Shown here piece by piece: positions 50,401 through 64,000 of a stretch of DNA of 64,000 nucleotides. How positions within the stretch are numbered: position 1 is the stretch's first letter; each line of letters starts with the position of its first letter. A model generated the notes under the pieces. It made no database searches and was not told the DNA's origin. It was given only the letters and a program-made list of their open reading frames with translations. The position numbers were made by a program, and so were the translations under genes. The stretch comes from the human T2T-CHM13v2.0 reference genome, Homo sapiens: assembly GCF_009914755.1 (NCBI RefSeq), contig NC_060944.1; one strand, 5' to 3'.

Positions 50401-53400
50401 TGTCTTTCCAAATAACAGTCTTTGGAAAGTAGGTACTTAAACAGACCTAAATCTTCTGCGAACTTCCAAGAAGCCTACGGGCTTCACCTTATTGAGGAAG
50501 ACAGCATGCCTATGCGGTAGGAATCAAGAACTGATGTCTCAAAATGGACATGAACAGTTAAGATGTGCTAGCCCACAAGGGAGTTCTTACTGCCGTAAAC
50601 ATTTGTCTCCCAAAAGCAGGGGTCAGTGTCATCTATACTGTATCAAATCAAACCTCACCACATCAAATATGGTAAGTGATGAATCAATCGTCTACTCAAT
50701 ATCATATCAGCATCGTATGTGCTAATGTATACCATTATAAGGATCAAATCTAAACAGAACAACCCAAGTTTCCAGATGGGAAATAATACACACCATGGAG
50801 TCTTACACGTTTTCAGAGTTACTTCTTAGTTTTTCATAGTTTTCACACTCTTACAAATGGTAGCTCTGAAGTTTCGTTTTCTGCTTGTTGCTGGTATACG
50901 GAAACGTAACTGATTCCAGCAGGGTGATTTTTCCCCCACAGCAACTTGCCTAATTCTAGTAACACATCTGTCGATTAAAAAGAAAAAAATTCTACATATA
51001 TAAGCATATGAATCACAGTTTTGTTTCTTTCTTCCCAATTTCCTATCGTCTGCTTAATTCTTCTTGAATTTTTGCACAGGGCAGGACCTTCAACACAGTG
51101 CTAAAGAGAAGGAATGACAGCAAGTATTCTGTTTTTCTCATATCAAAGGGAAAGATTTAGGTGTCTCTCTTTAGTGTGAGATTTACTAAAGCCTTTTTGC
51201 AGACATCCTTTATCAGGATAAAGAGGTTGCTTTCTTATTCCTAGTTTACATAAATAGATGTTGAATTTTATCAAATACTTTATCTGTATCTATTAAGATA
51301 ATCATACTATTCTACTCCTATAACCCGTAGGTGTGGAAGGTGAATATAAACTTATTTTTAAACGTTAAACCAAGTTTGAATTCCTAGGATAAAACGATTT
51401 AGTCATACATACTGCTGGACTTTGTTTATCTTTTCAGGTATGAGATCTGACTGATGGTTTTCTTTCCTCCTACCATTCTTGTCAAGTTTTGTAACAAGGT
51501 TGGCTGGCATCAAAATGAGTAGTGTAGGATTCTTTTTTTTTTTTCATTGTTTCTACTTTTTAGCAATTACCTTTAAAAAAAAAAACAGTAACACACAGCA
51601 CTCACAAAATTCAAAGTTAAACAAATCTTTACCCCCCCAAATTAATTCTATTATCCCTTCCAACTTAGATGTTACTGTTTTCATGTATTTAATCTTATCC
51701 TTGTTCCAGCCTCTCCAACATTATTCTTTTACATGTATTTAGAACTGTCCAAATATTTACCACTTTCTTTACTCATCATTGCTTGTTATGTCTTTTTCCA
51801 CTTGCCATCACCTTCCTTCCAAGAATATCCTTGAGAAGTTCCTTTAGCAAAGATCTGTCAGTAGCTATCTTGGGTTTTTGTCTTAAAACAATCTTTTCAC
51901 TCTCACTGTTGAATTTTTCCCTTGAGTTGCTGTATCACTAAATGTCTATATGTGGATTTATTTTTATTTACCCGGCTTGGGTTTTGGTTGGGTGTCTTAC
52001 GCATTCCGCAAAATTCTCAGTCATTAGCTTTTCAAGTACTGGCTCTGTCCTCGCTCCTCTCCTGGAACCCCAATTAGACACACTTCTGCATCTACTCTTC
52101 CTGAATCTTAATTGGTCTTACAAATTATTCATCTATGTGGTTCTCTAAATTATATTTCTTCTTCTCTACTTTCCAGGTCATTCACTCTCTTCAGTTTTAT
52201 GTAATCTGCTAGTAAATCCATCTGTTAGATTTTTATTATAAAGACATGAACTTTTCATGTCTACAAGTTGTTCCTGGTTCCTTTTTCAAATTTGCTAGGT
52301 CATTGTATAGTTTCCTCTTCCTCATAGGTATTTTCAATCTTGCCTATTTAGTTTGAGTAAGGCCTTTAAAATCTATGTCAACAAGTCCATTATCTTATGT
52401 TTTCTGAGATCTCTTCCTGCTGGTCCTCATTCAGTGCTATTTCATCCTTTGCATTTAGTTGTTCCTAACTATGGACTATTCTCTTTCGTTTGATAATTAC
52501 ACCTGGGGATTTGGTGAGCCTAGGATAAAGGTGCAGTCCTTCAATGATCTGCTCGCCCCTGGACTGACCCAGGAACACTAGGTGTGCAGGTCCACTCTCA
52601 AATAAAGAATCTTCAAATCAGCTTGGAGTTTCCCACTACTCAAGTCATGGGATCCACATGAGGGACAACTTGTGATATCCACTTCTCAGAATGTGCCCCT
52701 CCCTACCCTGCCTGTAGGGTGAGAATGGGCTTACCTCTGACTCCCCTTCTCCATGAAGGTGTCATGGCCCCTTGTGGTTCCAACTCAGGGAGCCTGTGTC
52801 CTATCATGCTGCCAGCATTAATCTCTGCCCCCTGCGCCTGGAGATGCTATCAGAACTTAAGAGTTTGCCTATTTTGCCAAAGGCCCCCAGGGTTGTCCTT
52901 ATCCTCTTGGGTCACTCCTTTCACCACCTGCTTCAGTGTATTCCATTCTAGGCTTGTCAGAAGGTATTTTTAATGTCATTTACCTCTTGTCCAGGCCATC
53001 CAGCAAGTTAGAAGACCGGTTCAGGCCACCCAGCCTATTCTATCACCAGAAACCCAGAGTTGTCGCCCCCAACAGCCAAACCAAATTCCAGCCAACCATG
53101 CTCTTCAAAGAAAAGGGAGCACGTGGCTGCCATGTGCCAGGAGGCTGGCTGTGCCAGGGAGACTACTACCAACTCTGGACCTGGATATACCATCCTTCAT
53201 TACTAGGTGGGCCAGGGAGGAAGGGCTCCTGCAGGAATATCCCGACACTGCCAACCCCTAGAGGTGGGCGGAGCTTCTAATTAGAAACACATGGGCCAGA
53301 GCTAAATGAGGTCTGATACCCAACTATTGGTTCGTTTTTAGGAAATTCACTCTGTAGGGGAAGAGTTCTGATGAAGAATTCAATCTCAAGATATGAGCTT

Positions 53401-53679
53401 CGTTGAATTCCCTTCCATTAACTCCTTGGAGAAGAGCTGCATTTCCACTCAGGTTTATATTAGGAAATATCACCTGCTCATCAGCAATAAAATCTGACCC
53501 TCACAAGCCCTTTTCCCAAGGCCCACCTTTGATTAACGAATTCTGCCAGCCTAACATCCTCTCTCTGTGACAGCGGAGAACTTCAGCCTGAGTGAGTCAT
53601 TTCTTATTTATTATCAACGGTAACTCAAAATTCATTTTGGTTCCCTTTTAGAATCAGCCACTTTATAATATATTCCAAG

Positions 53680-54272
53680 GTCTCATTCATATACTGTTGG
53701 TGGGAGTATAAATTAGAACAAGCACTTCAGACAAAAAGTCTGGCACTTTCTTTTAAAGCCGAGCACCTACCTCCTTCTGGTCCTGCAATTCTACTCCTAG
53801 GTATACAGACCCAATGGAAATGTGTATAGACATTCACCAAAAGTCTGCGGCATTAATAGCCCCAAACTGGAAACTCTCCAAGTACCCACCTACAGTAATG
53901 TGAATAAACTCATATATTCACATGCTGGAATAGTGAGAATGAACAAACTACAATTACCCCAACAACCTGACAAGTCTTACACGTAACGTTGAGTGAAAGA
54001 CACAAAAGAGCATATGCCGTTTGAGTCCATTTACATCAAGTTCAAACACAAGCAAAATCAATCACTGGTATTATTAAGAAGAGAGCAGGTATTCCCTGCC
54101 CACGATGGGCAGCAGCTGGAAGAGGGGCACAGAAGGAGGTTGGGGAGGTCAGGAATAATCTATTTCTTGATCTGCTGGTTAAACAGGCATGTTTAGCTTG
54201 TGGATACTTATTGCGTAGACTCGTGATAGTGCATTTTTCTGTATATATTTTACTTTAATAAAGAGTTTAAAA
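53680..54272 (+). mobile_element. L1M 3' end fragment
   Basis: CTCATTCATATACTGTTGGTGGGAGTATAAAT...GCAATTCTACTCCTAGGTATA...TAATAGCCCCAAACTGGAAAC...AATAAAAGAGTTTAAAA. Confidence 0.75.
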
Positions 54273-54466
54273 TGTGTGTCATATTTCCTTGGAAAACGCG
54301 CCCCACAGATCCTGGAGGAGGAGCATCTTTAAGGCCTGAAGAATCTGTTATGGAGCCCTGTTACTACTGCCACTTCCCAGTGCTCACACCCACACAGGAT
54401 CGCTCCCTTCACAGACAGGAAGTAACTGAGGCCAGGGTCAAGGCAGGCAGTCACCTCCTGACCTGA

Positions 54467-54838
<372 letters not shown>

Positions 54839-55612
54839 CACCTGCAGTCTTTTTAAAATCAAACTGTACAGAATAAGTCTCCAGATCTTCCAACTTAAGA
54901 GGGATATGACTTAAGATGGAAAAGACTAACTTAGCTTCAGAGCAGTGGCTAAAGTTGACCTTTTAAGAGTCCTTTGACACATTACCAATAAGACTTTTTT
55001 CATTAAGAGTCTCAATAATTCATTTATTCTTCAGCATTGACTCCTTCCTCCCCTCAATCACTGTGATTACTATTCTGAAAATTAAGACTTTCCTTTCTAA
55101 TTACTACAAATACCTAGAACTACCAAGGAAATAAAAATGTATTCATAAAACTAAAGCTACATCTAATTCCTATTCAGGATCAGACTTAATTAAAAACCAA
55201 TTTAATGCAGTTGAGTTGCACACTTTAATCACTGAATGAGAACTTCAAAAAAACACACCACCTGGGTTTGAACAAGGGTCTTTCACCTTTCCAAGTAAAA
55301 TGAGTAGGTCAGACATTCCCGTTAGAAAGGGCTAGAAATCTAGTATCTACTCTTCTTCACCTAAAATCAACAGGAGAGAAGAGGAGAAACAAAGGATGGG
55401 GCTGGACGTAGTATTGCCTCTTCCCAACCAGACCACCCTGCCTCAGCCATTGCTCCTCCTACTTAGTGGACTGCCACACAAAATTCCTCTGAGAAAAGAA
55501 CATCACCATGAGGTGAGGCAGGAGAGGAACCTTGACCCCTCCCTCACTTCCTAGCACGATGAGGACTGACCAAGAGAAAACAAAATGTAATGCCAACTAT
55601 AAGAATTCTCCC

Positions 55613-55897
55613 GGCCAGGCTCGGTGGCTCAAGCCTGTAATCCCAGCACTTTGGGAGGCCGAGGCAGGTGGATCACGAGGTCAGGAGATCGAGACCATCC
55701 TGGCTAACATGGTGAAACCCCGTCTCTACTAAAAAAAATACAAAAAAATAGCTGGGCTTGGTGGTGGGCGCCTGTAGTCCAGCAGGAGGGTGAGGCAGGA
55801 GAATGGCATGAACCTGAGGGCAGAGCTTGCAGTGAGCTGAGATGCACCACTGCACTCCAGCCTGGGAGACAGAGCGAGACTCCCTCTCAAAAAAAAA
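55613..55897 (+). mobile_element. AluY-like with small internal deletions
   Basis: GATCACGAGGTCAGGAGATCGAGACCATCCTGGCTAAC; TSD AAGAATTCTCCC. Confidence 0.93.
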
Positions 55898-56479
55898 GAA
55901 TTCTCCCTTCTCCCCCTAAGGAACATTCTTGCCCACTAAACACAAAATCTACCTCTTTTCAGAGCAGCCAGCACACTGTTCACACCCAAAACAAATGTTC
56001 TGTTTCCTGGTGAGTGTGTCGTCACTGAAATGCTCAGTGACTCTGCAAGGCCCACCTCACACTCATTGGTTATACAAGGAATTAAAGGATGCTCACAGCC
56101 AAGTCTCCTCCCCAGAACTGGTGCAAGCACCTGGGAAGGGCCCAGTTCTGTCAAGGTGCCATGCATGATGGACTCCCAGAGACACTGGGATGAATCTAAC
56201 CAGGCTGGAGACTGAGGGCTCCCAGGAGAGAGCCAACATCCACATCGTCTCCTAAGGTTCACTTCAAACCCCAGCCTCCGCTGGAAGGGCAGGATGTCCA
56301 CATTTAACAGTGCCCTCTGCATGTGACTGTCAATTTCTCAACTGGAGGCAGGCTGGAGGTAATCCAAACTTCACTTGCATTTGGCTCTGGAATATGTTTT
56401 TGTGTTTATATGTGATGCTCTAGGAATCCAGACTCCTTCAGGCTACATGATATACTCGCAGAACGCCAGTGCTACAAAA

Positions 56480-57510
<1,031 letters not shown>

Positions 57511-57877
57511 GTGGAGCTAGCTGGCCTAGTTTCATTTTATAGGAGGGAGAAAACTGAAGCCCAGGGAGGAGAAGTCATGTCCAAAGTCACTCACTCACTC
57601 CAGGGATCAGAACACCCAACCAGTGCTTCTCCCACTGCTCCACACAGCAGCTCCGTGGGACAAGCTGATGACTAGTCCGGTCACACCGGACAGCCCCCAG
57701 CACCCTGAGGGACTGCCAATACCCAAGCACATAACATATATTGGGGTAGGATGCTGGGCACTGAGAGCACAGGCCCAGCTTAGAGAGGACAAACACAGTC
57801 CACGGCTGCCACACAAGAAAGTCAACCTAGTGTAGCCAGAAATTCCCATTTTCCCCCAGAGAACCCAAAAATCTAGA

Positions 57878-58194
<317 letters not shown>

Positions 58195-58332
58195 TAGTGA
58201 AAAAAAAAAAAAAAATTCCACTTTTAAAAGGTGACTCAATTGCTTAATAACATGAGGTCAGTGAAACAAATTCCATGTGAAGGCCAAGTTCAGCTCACAC
58301 AGGGCACCAGTTTGGAATTCCTCTCAAGACAG

Positions 58333-58382
58333 CCTAACAGACCTTGTTTGCTTATACCCTAACAGACCTTGTTTGCTTATAC
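58333..58382. repeat. Perfect 25-bp tandem duplication CCTAACAGACCTTGTTTGCTTATAC x2
   Basis: Directly visible. Confidence 0.95.
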
Positions 58383-58609
58383 CTTGCCCAGGATAGAGAA
58401 TTAAAGATTTGAATTCAAGATGGTCTTTTATTCCAACTTTTGAGTCAGCAGATGATATTCATTATCACTATAAATAGTCTGTAACTTCCAGTAGTCTTAG
58501 TGGGCCTCCTTTCTGACCAGAAAGAGATCAAGTAGCTGTCCATCATTCAGCTTCTTCCTTTAAAGTTAAACTTTGGTTTTATATTATTCTTTACAGAGTA
58601 CTAATACTA

Positions 58610-59003
<394 letters not shown>

Positions 59004-59614
59004 GTTATATGGAGAATAACAGAGCTGTGTAAATAGTCACTGGTGTAGGAAGCAATTTATGCCACCCAAGAACACTGGAACTCCAATACTTTGGAACTGA
59101 AAAGGTTTCGGGACTGGGCAGGTATTCTAGTCTTGCCAAAAAAATCTAAGTTAGAAATCACAAAATGTTCTTGATAAGTTAAAGTTGCTGCCCATTGTTG
59201 ACAGGTGGAAGACACATGTTACTGAATGCACATAAAGGACACACACGTCTGGTTTTGGGGGTGTCTGGTTGTCTGCTTCAGGAGACTCGGCCAGAATTTG
59301 TCTGCCTAAGAAAAGTCTCCTAGGAGGCCCCTGAACTAATTTTCTATATGCTAAGTGAGAGTGCCTCCTTGCCTAGGCACTGTCACTTAAAATTAAATAT
59401 TTACCTTCCCTTACAAGCCATCACTTTCTACCTAATATCAATTTATTTTCTGTCTTTGTTACAAGTCACCATTTTGATGCTGAGGGCATTGGGTAAAAAA
59501 TCTCTCCAGGAAAGGGCCACTATCTGTGTGGCCCCCCTCCCACTCCTTTTTCTTGGAATGCAGTTTACAATGCACACAAAGAGGCGGGACTAATGCTTTC
59601 TCAGGGTGAGATCT

Positions 59615-59696
59615 TATCAGGTGAAGTGTATCAACTGCCACTAGTCAACTGGTTTTGACCTACAGAATGGGCAATTTCATGTGGTTCAACATATTA
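59615..59696. mobile_element. Degenerate MADE2-like MITE
   Basis: TTTTGACCTACAGAATGGGCAATTTCATGTGGTTCAAC, homologous to 11101-11181. Confidence 0.6.
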
Positions 59697-59755
59697 CCAC
59701 ATGATCAAGAGGAACAGGGACATGAATGTTTACAGAATACCAGCTGCCTCTACAT

Positions 59756-59938
59756 CAGCACTGTCTAGAACTTTCTGTGATGGTGGAAACCATCTACAGC
59801 CACGCTGACCAACTTATGACTACTGAGCACCTGAAATGTGGCTAATTTGACTCAGAAATTGAATTTTTAATTTTACTTAATTTGAATTGTTTTAAACTTA
59901 AATTGCTACTTGTGGCTACTGTATTGGACAACACAGTT
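59756..59938. mobile_element. MER3-like DNA transposon
   Basis: CAGCACTGTCTAGAACTTTCTGTGATGGTGGAAA...CTACTGAGCACCTGAAATGTGGCTA...GTATTGGACAACACAG. Confidence 0.8.
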
Positions 59939-61129
59939 CTAGACAGTAGCTTTTTCAGGCAAGAACTAGGTCTCACTTGCGGTGTTTGAAGGCCCACCAC
60001 ACAGGAGACCCTCGGTGAAAAAAATGAAATGAAAAATACCTTCAGCACTGCCAGATTTTCAAAATGCCTCCCCACCTTCCTGCCACTGAAGCTCTTAATT
60101 TTGATCTTCACGTTCTGTGTCCTCCCTTGGGTAATTATTGCCCCAGGAAGGTGGAGGTATATAGCCAGGAGGGAACATTTGGAAGGCCGGGCCCACATCG
60201 CCTAGCAACTGGGCAACAGGAACTGGCCTGACAACCTTCTGACCAGCTGGACCTCCACATTCTCATCCACTGAATGGGTGACAACCATTCCCACCCTCTA
60301 GAACAGGGTTATTTTAAGGCCTAAATGTAAACCACAGTTGTGGAATCTGATTCTAAAAAGTGAACCTTAAAAACCAAGTTGGGCTAAGCTTCATTTATCC
60401 AATGAGACAGCTGGGAATAGTTTAACAGGTATGGGGGCGCTGTCCGCCTGGTATAACCAATATTTATGATGTTATAGGCCAGGCCTTAACCACTGCAGGC
60501 CCAGCATGCACAGACGGACAGCACAGTCCCTGCCTTCATCATTCTGACTTGACCATTATTTTTGTTTCTCCTGAAACAAGATTTTAGCAAAGAAAAACTT
60601 GCTGTCTCAACAGAACTGTTGATCCTCTATGTGTCATTCATCTATTAGTTAAAATTCCCAGGGCTAAAAAGACAAGAAGAGTCTGGGGTCCCGACACTTT
60701 TAAAAGGTGTCCCTGCTACATAATAAATCAATACTCCAATTCAATCACTGGCATTCAACCATTTAAACTGAGTTTGCTGCTATGTAATTATTGCAGCCTG
60801 TTGAGTTAGGGCTCATTTCATTAAAGAGCATAATTGCTCAAATGTGACTTGATTTAAGATTTATTTAAAACTCTTCCATCACCAAAAAATACTCATATAC
60901 CATGAACCACTGTAACTTCTTAATCTCTCTGTAAATGTTCAGAGGCAGATTCCTAAGTATGAAAGGTGAGAGTTGTTATAGTGCCTAGAGCTCTAAACCC
61001 TCTCCTAAACCCCAAGATCCCTTTCTGGTTTCCCCTCCCCCAACCTTAGCCTCCTCCAGGCCTCCACTGGCCCAAGATCCCTGCAAGCCGGCTTTGCGGT
61101 GCTCCATGTAAAAGGAAAACTTCACCTAC

Positions 61130-61206
61130 TAGGAGGTCTGCCCCGGCCTTTGCTTCAACAGAGAGGGAAATGGCACCTCCAGGACCTCAGAACCGGAAGC
61201 TTCTTT
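61130..61206 (-). other. RRBP1: Probable non-coding (cassette) exon 2, 77 nt
   Basis: Acceptor TCTTTCCCTTCCAG|AAAG at 61206; donor CTA|GTAGGT at 61130 (competing TAG|GTGAAG at 61126); size fits my recollection of the annotated 5'UTR exon. Confidence 0.65.
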
Positions 61207-62079
61207 CTGGAAGGGAAAGAGGTTGGCATATGATAGTGGGAGTGACCTTTGGCAAGTTCGTAAACGAGTCAAGACATCACACAGTAAGTGACATGCTGCA
61301 GGGTCACAGATTTCTCTAGGTGTCGGATTAACAGGAAGTTAAATCAAACAAGGAGTGTGAGGAGGGAGGCGGGGCAGTGGGAGAATGCCCCCCAGCTGCA
61401 CAGGGCGGGGTAACATTCGCAGTTGTTCTTCCTGGGAGTGCCAGACAGACGTCCTGGGTCTCTGGGGACACCCAGTTCTGAAGAGGTATCTAATGTGAGA
61501 TATGAGGCCCTACCAGGCCCATTTCTCCAAATTCCTGAAAATGCCATCCAGATGGCCCCTACCCTGAAGGTTCCAGCACGCAGAGTGAATAGCTGAGCAG
61601 TGACGTGGGAGGCTCCTCAGGTCCCTCAGAGTTTCATTTCCTTGGTGCTTCCCAGTCTCTCCTAACCTCTGACCTCTCAGAGTAATTGCCAAATTGCCTT
61701 CTGTTTGTACAAGGTCCCAGCACTTCCCGGCGTGGTTCCCGACCCTGTGAGTGGGTGGTGCTGTCTTCAGGCCACAGATAAGAAACTAGGATTCAGAGGG
61801 GCTATGGGACCTGCGAGTAGGCGGCCAGTACGTGGTCCGGGGTGTAGAACCCCGGCTGTGCAACTTCTGCAGCCCCGCGCCCGCCGCAGTGCCGGAGCCA
61901 GGCCCCACCTTCCTCCCGTGTCCAGCACCCCCCAACAAAAGCATCCCAACTGAACAGCCAACACTTGTGGCTCCTTCCTACAAGTGCTGGGTCTCCACAG
62001 CTTTCCTCGCAAATCGAAGCTAACAGGAGCCCCGATTTGCAGACCAGGAAATGGAGACCCCGAACGAAACAACTTGGTC

Positions 62080-63950
62080 GGGGTCACCCTCGCCAGCCGG
62101 GGCACTCTAGAGCTAAAACTCGCGACTTATCATTCGGAGAGGGGTCCCTGAAGCACTGCGGGCGCCCCACTGGAAGCGCAGACCCCGGCCTGCCTCCCCT
62201 AATCAGGGCGCAGCGGGAGAGCCGGCCGGGCCGGGGCGGGCACCAGGCCGGGTGCCAGCGCGCTTGGCCGGCCCGGAGGTGTCCGCTTCCGCCCGGGGCT
62301 GGCACCGCCGGCCCATTCATCGTGGCCGCGGGCGGGGCGGGCCGGGCCCCGGGCGCCCTCGTCCCCCCGCCGGGAGCCCTCGAGCCAGGCTCCGCGCAGC
62401 CCAGCCGGGGAAACGGTGGCCCCGGCCCCGCCGCCAGGGGGAGCAGGGAGCCGCCTCCCGCACTCCGGGAAGTTGCCACCGCGGCCGCCCGGCGTCCGTG
62501 CCATGGACAGACCCGGTCCCTGCGCCGCGAGCCCTGCGGCCCCGGCCCGCCCCGTCGGGGGCCGTCCCAGCCCCGCGAAGCGCCAGCGGGCCGCGGCCCG
62601 GGACCGGCGCGCTCGGCCCGTGGGCCCCCATTCAATCCCGCCCTCCTCCCCTCGGCCGGCCTCCGCCGCCTTCCGCCCGCACCCCCACCCCTCCGGCCCG
62701 GACTCCAGCCCGGCAACGTCATCCGGCGGCTTCCCGAAACTTAACCCCTTCCTCCGCCAGCTGTGCGCCGCCCCGCCCCGCCCCGCCGCCAACTTTCTTC
62801 GCCCAACTTCGGAGCGCGCTGGCCGGCCCGACGGCCCTGCCGGGAGGGAGGGAGGCAGGGAGCGGTCGCCACGTCGCGCCCGTCTGCCGCCGCAGCTCCC
62901 CGGACGGCGAGGGCCGCGGGGTCCACACCACGGGGCGCGCCCTGCCTACGCCCCGGTACGGCGCTTGCCCGGCACCCCCGCCCCGAGTCCGACCCCGACC
63001 CCGATGGTGCACGGCCGCGGCGGCAGGCGGCGGGCGGCGGGCGGGCCGGGGGAGGGGCCGCCGAGGAGACGTGTCACTCGCGGCGCAGCGCGGCCGGCCC
63101 CGGCCCCCCGACGGCCCGGCCCGCGCGCGGCCGCTGCAGGGCCCGGCCAAGTTTCTTACCTGCAGCCAGAGACGCGAGAGGGAAAGCGAGAGGGCAGGAG
63201 CCGCCGCCTTCGCAGCCGCCGCGGAGCCGGGAGAGAGGAGCCGGCCAAGCCTCCGCCAAGAAACCGCCCCCGAGCAGCTGTAGACGCTGCGACCCTGACG
63301 CCGCCCGCCCCGTCTGCCGTCCGCTCCGGCCGCTCGCTGGCTGCGTGCGCGCGTGTGGAGTCGTGGCACTTTCTGCCTCAGAGCTGGCGAACGGCCCCCT
63401 CCGCCGGGATCGCCGCCTCCTGCCTTCCCCACCCGGGCCAGCCATTCATCGAGCCGCCTCTTCCCATTGGTCCGCACCCCGCCACTCTGCCGGTCGCTGG
63501 CCAGTCAGGACGCGGGTGGCCGAGCCGCGGCGGCGGCCATTGGGCAGAGAGGAGGGTCTCCACCTCGGCCAATGGGAGAGGGGAGGAGCTGCGGGGAGGT
63601 GAAGGGGGCAGGGCTGGGGAGAGGCGGGGCCGAGCGGCGCGGCGCTCGGCCGTGCGCGGGGCGGGGCGGAGCAGGAACGCCCCGCCCACCGAGGGGGGGG
63701 TCTCCGGCCAGCTCCGCCCACTCTGGGCCCGCGGCGCTCCCAGCAGTCTCTGACTAGGATCCGGCTCTGCCTAGGCGGGAAGCAGAAGGTTCGGGTCCCG
63801 GCGACCCCGGGCCTGCGCCTCTGGATACCGCTGGGCTGACATGGCGGTGGCTGAACAGGGTTGCGCAACCGCGAACAGCCAAGGAAGCTGCTTTATTTAA
63901 ACCCAACTAACTTCCCCCGAAGCAGCGCCCCCTCGGGCCGCCGGGTATGA
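62080..63950. promoter_or_regulatory. CpG island / RRBP1 promoter with GC boxes and CCAAT boxes
   Basis: Very GC- and CpG-rich; several GGGCGG boxes; ATTGG at 63466-63470 and 63539-63543, CCAAT at 63569-63573; no obvious TATA box. Confidence 0.93.
63160..63374 (-). other. RRBP1: RRBP1 exon 1 (5'UTR; TSS approximate)
   Basis: Strong donor CTGCAG|GTAAGA at 63160/63159 inside the CpG island, downstream of the CCAAT boxes; no ATG in exon; 5' end taken from recall of the mRNA. Confidence 0.85.
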
Positions 63951-64000
63951 GGACAAGCTCTGCTGGGGGTCAGCCCAGGGAGAGCAAGTTCTTATCATCA

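Noticed and set aside
63466-63590. Canonical ERSE (CCAAT-N9-CCACG) in the promoter
   Set aside because: None of the three CCAAT boxes is followed by CCACG at N9 spacing
61965-63868. Multiple 200-445 aa overlapping ORFs
   Set aside because: Pro/Arg/Gly/Ala-rich, low-complexity products of the stop-poor CpG island

Overview
Mammalian, almost certainly human, genomic DNA containing most of RRBP1 (ribosome-binding protein 1 / p180 / ES130) on the minus strand. The window holds the CpG-island promoter and non-coding exon 1 (~63160-63374), a probable 77-nt non-coding exon 2, and a 2.38-kb exon 3 encoding the start codon, transmembrane anchor, Lys-rich region and the NQGKKAEGAQ decapeptide VNTR. 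Coding exons 4-19 (mostly the coiled-coil C-terminal region) follow, and the remaining 3' exons lie beyond position 1. Exon numbering follows my recall of the reference transcript. All listed coding exons have GT-AG boundaries and consistent phases, giving 4125 nt (1375 codons) of CDS in the window. Introns contain Alu/FLAM, MIR, L1, L2, MLT1 and DNA-transposon relics. The most notable region is exon 3. It has 56 repeat units (I recall 41 in the reference protein), an in-frame exitron spanning the whole array, tandem donors 9 nt apart, and a 590-nt U-free mRNA stretch that leaves all six reading frames open. I found no novel multi-gene system; the findings are allele-level, splicing-level and repeat-level observations.
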